Below are positions 25,868 through 33,953 of a stretch of DNA of 64,000 nt, piece by piece. The translations under genes were made by a program, and so were the position numbers. The first letter of the stretch is position 1. Every line of letters starts with the position of its first letter. The notes under the pieces were generated by a model. The model did not search any database. It saw only the letters and a list, made by a program, of their open reading frames with translations, and was not told the DNA's origin. Source of the stretch: an uncultured Candidatus Saccharibacteria bacterium (GTDB taxonomy: Bacteria > Patescibacteriota > Saccharimonadia > Saccharimonadales > Saccharimonadaceae); the NCBI GenBank assembly GCA_963522905.1, contig CAUQYS010000003.1:42845-106844 (forward strand), written 5' to 3'.

Positions 25868-28303
25868 ATGACGATTCATATTACCAAGCGCGATGGCACG
25901 ACCGAGCCATTTGACACAACCAAGATAAATGCCACGTTGCTGGCAGCAAGCCAGGGGCTGGCCGATCCGCTGCAGAAGATCGTGCAGATTGCTCGCGAGC
26001 TGCAGCTGACGCTCTTTGATGGGATGACGACCAAGCAGCTGGAGGAGACGCTCATCCAGACGACGGTGCAGAATATTAAGGATGACCCAGACTACGACAC
26101 GATTGCGGCGCGCCTGCTGCTGGGCACGATCTACCGCGATTTGCTGGGCGTATATACTACTGATGAAGAATTGCGCCAGCGTCACGCTGAGGCCTTTCCG
26201 CGCTATATTCGCCAGGCAGTGGCCGATGGCTTGCTTGACCCCCGCATGCAAGATGAGACGATCTTCGACCTCGAGCGCCTGGCTGCTGCGCTTGACCCGA
26301 GTAAAGATAAACTCAGCAAATATCTTGGCGTGGTGACCAACCGCAACCGCTACGCCCTGCGCAAGCAAAACGGCGAGCCGCTCGAAGTGCCGCAGTTTAC
26401 CACTATGCGCATCGCCATGGGCCTGAGCTACAATGAGGAACACCCTACTGAGGCAGCCATTGAGTTTTACCAGCACATGGCTAATCTCGAATACAGCCCG
26501 GGCGGTAGCACCCGCGTTAATGCTGGTGGGTTGTTCCCGCAGCTGAGCAACTGCTTCGTCATGGAAGTGCAGGATGATATGGAGTCCATTGCCAAGAGTG
26601 TGCGCGATACAATGTGGATTGCCAAAGGGACGGGCGGCATTGGTATCAGCTTTACCAAGCTGCGGGCGGCGGGCAGCCCCGTCAAGACGACCAACACAAC
26701 AAGCACGGGGCCAATTCCATTTATTAAGATGATCGATACAGCGCTGTTTGCGGTGTCACGCAAGGGTAAGAAGATGGGTGCAGCTGCTGTGTATATGGAA
26801 AACTGGCACATCGATTTCAAGGAATTTATAGACCTGCGCTCTAACTCCGGCGACCCGTATTTGCGGACACGCTACCTCGACACAGCGGTGTTTATTAGTG
26901 ATGAATTTATGCGCCGGGTGCAGGCTGATGAAGACTGGTATCTCTTTGATCCAGCCGAGGTGAGTGACTTGAGCGAGCTGTATGGTGCGGCTTTCGCTAA
27001 GCGGTATGCGTATTACATTACTCAGGCCGAAGCGGGCAAGCTGCGCGCTTATGATAAGCTGCCTGCACGCCAGCAATTCCACAGAATTCTCAGTAGTTTG
27101 CAGGCGACCGGCCACCCGTGGCTCACCTGGAAGGACGCTATTAACCTCCGGGCGCTTAACAATAACACTGGTACTATTCACCTCAGCAATCTCTGTACAG
27201 AGATCACTTTGCCGCAAAACGAGCACAATATTGCGGTGTGTAATCTGGTGAGTATCAACCTCAGCGCTTTCCTGGATGACGCGACCAAGACGTGGGACTG
27301 GCCACGACTCGAGCAGGCGACGCGCTCAGCCACGCGGCAACTTGATAACCTTGTAGACATTACCACAACACCTATCTCGGAGGCGATGAATAGTAACCTG
27401 CAAAATCGAGCGATTGGCCTGGGCTTTATGGGTCTTGCCGATGTGCTAGAAAAGCTCGAGCTGAGCTATGAATCTGAGGCGGCGTACGAGCTGATCGATC
27501 AGCTGGCGGAGTTTATTAGCTACTACGCCATCGACGAGTCGGCCGAGCTAGCGGTGACGCGCGGTAGCTATCCTAACTTTGCTGGCAGTGGCTGGAGCAA
27601 GGGGGAATTGCCTATCGACACGATTGACCGGCTTGGCGCGCAGCGGGGTGAGGCAGTAGCAATTAACACGACTCGCCGCCTCGACTGGGAGGCACTTCGC
27701 CCCAAGGTGAGGCGCGGCATGCGCAATGCCACGCTTATGGCCATCGCTCCCACCGCCAATATCTCGCACGTGACGGGTACCACTCCAGGGATCGACCCGC
27801 AATTTAGCCAGATCTTTAGCCGGAGCACGCTCAACGGTAAATTCCTTGAGGTCAATGCTAACCTGGTGCGCAAACTCAAAGCACTCGGCCTGTGGGAGGA
27901 GCTTAAGGATGAGCTGCTTACTAACCAAGGCGACATCCAGCACATGGAGCAGATCCCTCAGGCGGTGCGCGACGTGTATAAGACGAGCTTTCAGCTTAGC
28001 CCGTATGCCTTCATTGAGGTGGCAGCCCGCGCTCAGAAGTGGGTTGACCAAGCGATTAGCCGCAATATGTATTTAGAATCGCGTAATATCGAGGAGTATA
28101 TTACGATCTACAGCGAAGCCTGGCGTCGCGGCCTGAAAACGACGTATTATTTGCACGTGAAGCCACGCCACCAGTCCGAGCAGGTCTCCATCCGTGCCAA
28201 CAAAACCGAGCAAAAACTCCACCAAGACGCCAAGCGCGTGGGCTTTGGTGGCTTCTACCGCGCACGCAAGAAGCAGGAGGAAGGGAAGGAGAAGGAATCA
28301 TGA
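25868..28303 (+). CDS. nrdA: Class I ribonucleoside-diphosphate reductase alpha subunit with N-terminal ATP-cone
   Basis: ATG 25868 after SD GGGGAGGG. ATP-cone HITKRDGTTEPFDTTKI. Active-site motifs LSNCFVME, NLCTEI and IAVCNLVSINL. Radical-transfer pair TTYYL. Confidence 0.93.
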   Translation: MTIHITKRDGTTEPFDTTKINATLLAASQGLADPLQKIVQIARELQLTLFDGMTTKQLEETLIQTTVQNIKDDPDYDTIAARLLLGTIYRDLLGVYTTDEELRQRHAEAFPRYIRQAVADGLLDPRMQDETIFDLERLAAALDPSKDKLSKYLGVVTNRNRYALRKQNGEPLEVPQFTTMRIAMGLSYNEEHPTEAAIEFYQHMANLEYSPGGSTRVNAGGLFPQLSNCFVMEVQDDMESIAKSVRDTMWIAKGTGGIGISFTKLRAAGSPVKTTNTTSTGPIPFIKMIDTALFAVSRKGKKMGAAAVYMENWHIDFKEFIDLRSNSGDPYLRTRYLDTAVFISDEFMRRVQADEDWYLFDPAEVSDLSELYGAAFAKRYAYYITQAEAGKLRAYDKLPARQQFHRILSSLQATGHPWLTWKDAINLRALNNNTGTIHLSNLCTEITLPQNEHNIAVCNLVSINLSAFLDDATKTWDWPRLEQATRSATRQLDNLVDITTTPISEAMNSNLQNRAIGLGFMGLADVLEKLELSYESEAAYELIDQLAEFISYYAIDESAELAVTRGSYPNFAGSGWSKGELPIDTIDRLGAQRGEAVAINTTRRLDWEALRPKVRRGMRNATLMAIAPTANISHVTGTTPGIDPQFSQIFSRSTLNGKFLEVNANLVRKLKALGLWEELKDELLTNQGDIQHMEQIPQAVRDVYKTSFQLSPYAFIEVAARAQKWVDQAISRNMYLESRNIEEYITIYSEAWRRGLKTTYYLHVKPRHQSEQVSIRANKTEQKLHQDAKRVGFGGFYRARKKQEEGKEKES

Positions 28304-28587
28304 GCCACGAGTATAGCAATATAGCAAAGATGAGAGCAAGCACAGAACTGCCAGTTGATGGAACGCAGCAGCCAGAGCTCGCGCCGGGTGGTGTCCACCA
28401 CACTATCGGCACTGTAGCAACGGGAGAGGCAGACGGCACAGCCTCAATACATTATGTCCAAGATGCCCTTGATGTTGGTCTGGACTCACCACTCTTCCCA
28501 GTACCGCAAACAGAGAAAAAATTGAGTCAGCAAGATAACAGCTTCGTAGCCGAGCGTCACCCAGCAGATATGGGACCAGAAATATAA
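28300..28587 (+). CDS. Hypothetical acidic 95-aa protein between nrdA and nrdB
   Basis: The ATG overlaps the nrdA stop (ATGA), suggesting translational coupling. No Cys and no recognisable domain. Confidence 0.35.
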   Translation: MSHEYSNIAKMRASTELPVDGTQQPELAPGGVHHTIGTVATGEADGTASIHYVQDALDVGLDSPLFPVPQTEKKLSQQDNSFVAERHPADMGPEI

Positions 28588-28640
28588 GCTTGGATAGTAT
28601 AATAATTTAATTCGTTTTTTACAAAAACAAGGAGGTAATA

Positions 28641-29618
28641 ATGGGCATTTTAGGATCAGGCGTACGCGATGGCTTGCAGCTCAAGCCGGTGCGCTATGAC
28701 TGGGCGTACCGCCTATACAACCAAGCGGTGGCTAACACGTGGTTCCCTAATGAGGTACAGTTGAGTCAGGATTTGGCGGATTTTGAGAAATTGAGTGAGG
28801 ACGAAAAGCATGCCCTCAAGATGGTGATTAGCTACCTTAACCCTAACGAGCTGCTGATTAATAAATCGCTGGCTTTTGGTATTTACCCCTGCGTGAACGC
28901 CGCCGAGTGCCACCTGTATCTTTCGAAACAGATGTGGGAAGAGGCGAATCACTTTATGACCTTCGAGTATATTATCGAGACCTTCCCGTTTGACCGTGAG
29001 GAAATTTATGCGGCGGGCTGGGGTAAAAAATCCTTGGCGGATAAAGCCGCCTTCCAGACCAAATACGTCACGCGTATGATGGAAGAGCGCCCGGATGTGA
29101 CGACGCTGGAGGGCAAGAAGGACTTTGTGCGCAACTTGGTGGCGTATAACATCGTGCTGGAGGGGATTTGGTTCTACAGTGGTTTTATGGTGGGAATGAG
29201 CTTCCGCCGGCGCAACCTACTGCGCAACGTTGGCACGCTGCTGGACTGGGTAACGAAGGACGAAAATCTACACCTGGAGTTTGGCATTAACCTGCTGCTG
29301 ACTATTTTGCACGAAAACCCGGACTTGCAGACCGAGGAGTTTGCTGAGGAAATCCGCAGCTTGATTCTCGAAGCTGTTGAGCTCGAGAAAGCGTATAACA
29401 AAGACATGCTGCCGCGCGGCATTCTGGGCCTAAACGCTGACTACGTCAACCAGTATGTCATGTATATGACTGACCGGCGGCTGGAAGAGCTCGGCTTTGA
29501 GCCAGAGTATAACGTGACGAACCCGGCCAAGTGGATGGCCGCTGCCAACGACACGCTGGAGCTGGTGAACTTCTTCGAGAGTACGAATACGAGTTATGAG
29601 GTGAATACGACGAAGTAG
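28641..29618 (+). CDS. nrdB: Ribonucleotide reductase beta subunit, class Ic-like (Phe at the radical-Tyr position)
   Basis: SD AAGGAGG. Metal ligands: NPNELLI (Glu where class Ia has Asp), EEANH (ExxH), VLEGIWFYSGF, DENLH (ExxH). The residue at His+4 is Phe (HFMTF), not Tyr. C-terminal tail FFESTNTSYEV. Confidence 0.88.
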   Translation: MGILGSGVRDGLQLKPVRYDWAYRLYNQAVANTWFPNEVQLSQDLADFEKLSEDEKHALKMVISYLNPNELLINKSLAFGIYPCVNAAECHLYLSKQMWEEANHFMTFEYIIETFPFDREEIYAAGWGKKSLADKAAFQTKYVTRMMEERPDVTTLEGKKDFVRNLVAYNIVLEGIWFYSGFMVGMSFRRRNLLRNVGTLLDWVTKDENLHLEFGINLLLTILHENPDLQTEEFAEEIRSLILEAVELEKAYNKDMLPRGILGLNADYVNQYVMYMTDRRLEELGFEPEYNVTNPAKWMAAANDTLELVNFFESTNTSYEVNTTK

Positions 29619-29657
29619 TAGACAGAACAATCTTACTAGTCTACCAGTCTTACGGGA

Positions 29658-29772
29658 GCTCTCACTCCATCACCAGACCGAAAATGTTCCGGCCAGAATA
29701 TGCAACAGAGCTTTTCCGCCTGCTTGGTCGCTGGCCTCCAGATATTTTCTTGTCTGGCAATGGAGTGAGAGC
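29658..29772. other. 115-nt rod-like imperfect hairpin (inverted repeat) 40 nt after the nrdB stop (E2)
   Basis: Paired segments are GCTCTCACTCCAT/ATGGAGTGAGAGC (13 bp), CCAGAC/GTCTGG, GAAAAT/ATTTTC, GGCCAG/CTGGCC and CAACAG/CTGcTTG. They are separated by small internal loops. Confidence 0.5.
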
Positions 29773-29829
29773 GGCCCGCTGATGTAGCAAATAATATTCG
29801 CAAATTAGATACGAAAGGAATATGAGCTT

Positions 29830-30225
29830 ATGAATACCCTCACACAAACCATCCTCGATACCGTGCCAGTTGGTGCGCTGGCCACCGTCAATCGCGACCG
29901 CACGCCGCTGGTGACGCCGCTGCACTTTGTGCGCGTGGGGGATGCGATTGCCTGGCTGTCTGATCGTGAGGCGCGCCACTCGCACAACGCCTTTCGCACT
30001 GGGTGGGCAGAGTTTGTGGTGTGGAATGATGCCAAGCAGGCCGTCTATCTCCACACCACAGTGCGCGAAGCCCGCGAGGACGAGGTCGCGGCCATCACTG
30101 AGGCATACACGGCCAAGCTGGGGAGCTTCCGCCCGCAGTGTGTGCAGCCGCAGTGGTATGTCGCACCAATTGGCCAACTGGATGATAATTCCACAACAGA
30201 AAATTGGGTGCACTACCTTGCATAA
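29830..30225 (+). CDS. Pyridoxamine 5'-phosphate oxidase-family (FMN-binding split-barrel) protein
   Basis: 131 aa. Contains ILDTVPVGALATVNRDRTPLVTPLHFV...AIAWLSDREARHSHN. Preferred over the antisense ORF 29662..30246. Confidence 0.6.
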   Translation: MNTLTQTILDTVPVGALATVNRDRTPLVTPLHFVRVGDAIAWLSDREARHSHNAFRTGWAEFVVWNDAKQAVYLHTTVREAREDEVAAITEAYTAKLGSFRPQCVQPQWYVAPIGQLDDNSTTENWVHYLA

Positions 30226-30283
30226 AACGCTATATATAGCGTACAATAGACACTATAACTAAAAAACGGGTAGGGAATAATAT

Positions 30284-30514
30284 ATGACGCAGACGACACA
30301 AACGACATCACCAACAACCGATCCAGCGACTACGCAGGCGCAGACCACCAAGCCCCAGCTGACGGACGACATGACGCTCGAGGAAAAGCTTGACGCCATC
30401 GAGCAGGCACTGCTGGCTGCTCAGCAGGTTGCCATCGACCAAGCAGCGGCGGGTGGCACCCCTGTTATCATGCCAGATCCAGCGGAGCTAACAATGTGCG
30501 AGGGCTGCCAATAG
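30284..30514 (+). CDS. Hypothetical small Thr/Gln-rich protein ending CEGCQ
   Basis: 76 aa with its own SD (GGGTAGGGA) and terminator. No homology recognised. Confidence 0.45.
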   Translation: MTQTTQTTSPTTDPATTQAQTTKPQLTDDMTLEEKLDAIEQALLAAQQVAIDQAAAGGTPVIMPDPAELTMCEGCQ

Positions 30515-30538
30515 GTGGCGCGTATCAATAACCAGCAG

Positions 30539-30563
30539 AAGCCAGCTACCAGGCTGGTTTTTT
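30539..30563 (+). terminator. Rho-independent terminator
   Basis: Stem AAGCCAGC/GCTGGTTT followed by a T-run, nested inside ACCAGCA(30531)/TGCTGGT(30563). Confidence 0.75.
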
Positions 30564-30617
30564 GCTGGTATACTGCTTATGGATACATGCTACAATAGAA
30601 CGCGAGAGGGAGATTGT

Positions 30618-32234
30618 ATGACACAGACACACCAACCAACGTATATTTTTGTCACCGGTGGGGTACTCTCTGGGGTGGGTAAGGGCATCACGGCGGCCAG
30701 TATTGGCGCGGTGCTACAGGCTAAGGGCTTATCTGTCTCGGTGCAAAAGTGCGACCCGTACCTCAACGTCGATGCTGGGCTGCTTAACCCCAAGGAGCAT
30801 GGCGAGTGCTTCGTGACCAAAGATGGGGCGGAGACCGATCTTGACCTTGGCCACTACGAGCGCTTCTTAGACCTTGAGCTGACCCAGCGCAATGCTACGC
30901 TAGCGGGGCGGCTGCTGCGTGACTTGATCGCCGATGAGCGGGCCGGGAAATTTGGCGGCCAGACGGTGCAGCTGGTGCCGCACCTTACCCAAGCGATCAA
31001 GCGAGCCATCCACCAGGCAGCGGCAGGGCAGGTGCACATTGTGGAGATTGGTGGCACGGTGGGAGATTATGAGGGGCTGAGCTTCGTTGAGGCGATCCGC
31101 GAATTCTCATTAGAGGTGGGGCGCGAGCACTGTCTCTTCGTCCATGTGGTGTATGTGCCGTTTCTTGCGACGAGCCAGGAGTACAAAACCAAGCCAGCTC
31201 AGAATGCCATGGCTGACCTGCGTGGCTTTGGCATTATGCCCGATGTGGTGGCAGTCCGCACCGAGGGCAGCACAGTACCACCGCGTGGTGTGGCGGATAA
31301 GATTGCCATTGCTAGTGGGGTGCGACCAGAGGGGATCATTATGATGCCAAATGTCGATACGGTCTACAAAGTACCCCTGATGGTGGCGCGCGAATTGGGC
31401 CCGGTGCTGGCGAGCTTTACTGGCAATATGACGGTGCCAGATATGACGCGCTGGCAGCAGCTCGTCCGGCATGACAGCCAGACCTATCGCCAGCGACTGA
31501 CGATTGGCCTCGTGGCAAAATATGTTGATAATGCCGATACCTATCTTTCCATCACTGAGGCGCTCAAAGCAGCCGCCTGGGCGCACCGCAGTGAGGTGAC
31601 GATCCAATGGATCAATGCCGAGACAGTGACTGACGCAGCGCTCAGCGCTGTGGATGCTGTGGTGGTACCTGGCGGCTTTGGCAAGCGCGGGGTAGAAGGG
31701 AAGATTGCGGCGGCGAGTTATTGCTTGCAGCACAATATACCGTATCTTGGTATATGCCTGGGGATGCAGGTGGCGGTGATTGCCGCTGCCCGCCGCGGTG
31801 GTCTGGCCCAGGCTGGCAGTGCGGAGTGTGGCGCAGCGCCAGATAATGCCGTCATCTACCTTATGCCTGACCAGCAGGGCAAGCAATCGACTGGCGGGAC
31901 GATGCGCTTGGGCAATTACCCAGCGGTGCTGTGGGCTGGCTCACGCACCGCTAAGGTATATGGGACAACAGAGGTTGTGGAGCGTCACCGCCACCGCTAT
32001 GAGGTGAATCAAGCGCATCTTGCTGCTATTAACGCGGGCGGGGTTGTGGTGTCGGGTACGTCACCCGATGGCAGGCTGGTCGAGTTTGTCGAGGTACCTA
32101 CCTGCGACTACTTCGTTGCGACTCAGGCTCACCCAGAGTTTACCTCGCGGCCATTCCGGGCTCATCCCCTCTTTGCTGGTTTAGTGCAGGCGGCGCTCAA
32201 GCGGCAGAAACGGATGCAGAAGGGTAAGGCGTAA
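30618..32234 (+). CDS. pyrG: CTP synthase
   Basis: Trimmed to ATG 30618 (MTQTHQPTYIFVTGGVLSGVGKGI...) after SD GAGGGAG. Glutamine amidotransferase domain GICLGMQ...HRHRYEVN. Confidence 0.95.
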   Translation: MTQTHQPTYIFVTGGVLSGVGKGITAASIGAVLQAKGLSVSVQKCDPYLNVDAGLLNPKEHGECFVTKDGAETDLDLGHYERFLDLELTQRNATLAGRLLRDLIADERAGKFGGQTVQLVPHLTQAIKRAIHQAAAGQVHIVEIGGTVGDYEGLSFVEAIREFSLEVGREHCLFVHVVYVPFLATSQEYKTKPAQNAMADLRGFGIMPDVVAVRTEGSTVPPRGVADKIAIASGVRPEGIIMMPNVDTVYKVPLMVARELGPVLASFTGNMTVPDMTRWQQLVRHDSQTYRQRLTIGLVAKYVDNADTYLSITEALKAAAWAHRSEVTIQWINAETVTDAALSAVDAVVVPGGFGKRGVEGKIAAASYCLQHNIPYLGICLGMQVAVIAAARRGGLAQAGSAECGAAPDNAVIYLMPDQQGKQSTGGTMRLGNYPAVLWAGSRTAKVYGTTEVVERHRHRYEVNQAHLAAINAGGVVVSGTSPDGRLVEFVEVPTCDYFVATQAHPEFTSRPFRAHPLFAGLVQAALKRQKRMQKGKA

Positions 32235-32288
32235 TCTTCTCGCTGTGCTTACGCTATTCTTGCGGCGCATCTGTTGTATACTATAATC

Positions 32289-33953
32289 ATGGAACAGACG
32301 ATTCGTGATGCAGTATATACTCTTTATCAACAAACACCGCCGGTGGAATTAACGCGGCCAGAGCCGAAATTTGGCGATTTTGCGACCAACGTCGCACTCA
32401 AGCTTGCCAAGCCACTGGGCAAGAACCCACGCGAGATTGCCGAGGAGGTGGCAGCGGTGCTGCGCCAGACTGGCCAATTTTCTGACGTGAGCGTGGCTGG
32501 CCCGGGCTTTATTAATCTCCGCCTGAGCGACGCAGCGCTGTGGCAGGCGGCCAACACCGCACCGCAGCAGATCTATGGCGGCATGCGCTACACGCTGGAA
32601 TATAGCTGCCCCAACGCCTTTAAGGAGCTGCACACTGGCCACTTGTACCAGACGGTGTATGGCGATATATTGGCGCGGATCATCGAGTCGGTCGGCGCGT
32701 CGGTAGACCGAGCTAGCTTTGGTGGTGATGTCGGCCTGCACGTTGCTAAGTGCTTGTGGGGGATGCGCCACACGCTAGGAGGCGAGCTACCAGAGAAATT
32801 AACAGAGGTAGAGAGCGATGTTTTTGCTCGGGCGCGGTGGATTAGCCAGGCCTATGTGATTGGTGCGAAAGCGTACGAAGACAATGACACAGCCAAGCAA
32901 GAGATCATCGAGCTCAACAAGCTGGTCTACAGCTACCACGAACACGATGAACACAATACACCGCTGGCTCAGATCTATTGGACGACGCGCCAGTGGAGCT
33001 TGGATTACTTCGATGCCTTTTATACGATGATTCAGGTCGATCATCTTGACTATATTCCTGAGAGTAGCACCGCACCGATTGGCCTGGCCGTGGTGCACGA
33101 GCAGCTGGAGCGGGGGAATTTGCAGCGTTCTGAGGGGGCGGTGGTCTTCGTCGGCGACCCAGCCAAGCACCTGCACACCCGCGTCTTCGTCACGTCCAAC
33201 GGCCTGCCAACGTATGAGACGAAGGATATTGGCGTTATCTGGAAGGAGGTGGCAGACTACCACTTCGACCACCGGATTCTCATCACTGGCAACGACCAAA
33301 AGGAGTATATGCGCGTGGTGTATGCTGCGGCAGAGCTCTTCCGGCCTGAGCTAGCTGGGCGGATGACCCACCTGACCAATGGCACGGTGCGCTTTGGTGA
33401 TGGTAGCAAGATGAGTTCGCGCCTGGGCAATGTGGCGCGAGCGGCCGATGTGCTCACTATCGTCCAAGAGCGCGTGGCACACCTCACCACAGACCCAGTG
33501 GTGCAGCGCCAGGTGGCACTTGGGGCGATCAAATATGCCTTTGCGAAGTATCGCATGGGCAACGATATCGCCTTTGATATGGATGAGACGGTGAGCCTGC
33601 AGGGCAATTCTGGCCCCTACATTCAATACGCTCACGCTCGGGCCTGTAGCATCCTGGCCAAGGCGAGTGCCGAGCCTGCCGAGCCGACCGATTGCACTGA
33701 TGATGAGCGCCTGCTCCTGCGCAAGCTGAGCGAATATCCAGAGGTCGTCGAGAAGGCCGCTCGCGAGTATCTTGTGCATGGCATCTGTCACTACCTCTAT
33801 GAGCTTGCCCAAGAATTTAACCGCTTTTACGAGAAAAACCGTGTCGTTGGCAGCCCGCGCCAGGCTGAGCGCCTCAGCCTGGTGCAGCGCTACCGTGACA
33901 CTCTGGCTGCTGGCCTTGCTCTGCTCGGTATCGAAGCGCCGGAGCGGTTGTAG
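32289..33953 (+). CDS. argS: Arginine--tRNA ligase
   Basis: ATG 32289 lies 6 nt after TATACT. HIGH-type motif NAFKELHTGHL and a C-terminal anticodon-binding domain (...YIQYAHARACSIL...). Confidence 0.93.
   Translation: MEQTIRDAVYTLYQQTPPVELTRPEPKFGDFATNVALKLAKPLGKNPREIAEEVAAVLRQTGQFSDVSVAGPGFINLRLSDAALWQAANTAPQQIYGGMRYTLEYSCPNAFKELHTGHLYQTVYGDILARIIESVGASVDRASFGGDVGLHVAKCLWGMRHTLGGELPEKLTEVESDVFARARWISQAYVIGAKAYEDNDTAKQEIIELNKLVYSYHEHDEHNTPLAQIYWTTRQWSLDYFDAFYTMIQVDHLDYIPESSTAPIGLAVVHEQLERGNLQRSEGAVVFVGDPAKHLHTRVFVTSNGLPTYETKDIGVIWKEVADYHFDHRILITGNDQKEYMRVVYAAAELFRPELAGRMTHLTNGTVRFGDGSKMSSRLGNVARAADVLTIVQERVAHLTTDPVVQRQVALGAIKYAFAKYRMGNDIAFDMDETVSLQGNSGPYIQYAHARACSILAKASAEPAEPTDCTDDERLLLRKLSEYPEVVEKAAREYLVHGICHYLYELAQEFNRFYEKNRVVGSPRQAERLSLVQRYRDTLAAGLALLGIEAPERL

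Noticed and set aside
29658-29772. SRP (4.5S) RNA as the identity of the rod-like hairpin E2.
   Set aside because: There is no GNAR tetraloop closed by a 3-bp stem, and no conserved symmetric or asymmetric loop sequences (CAGG...AGCA) in a workable register on either strand.
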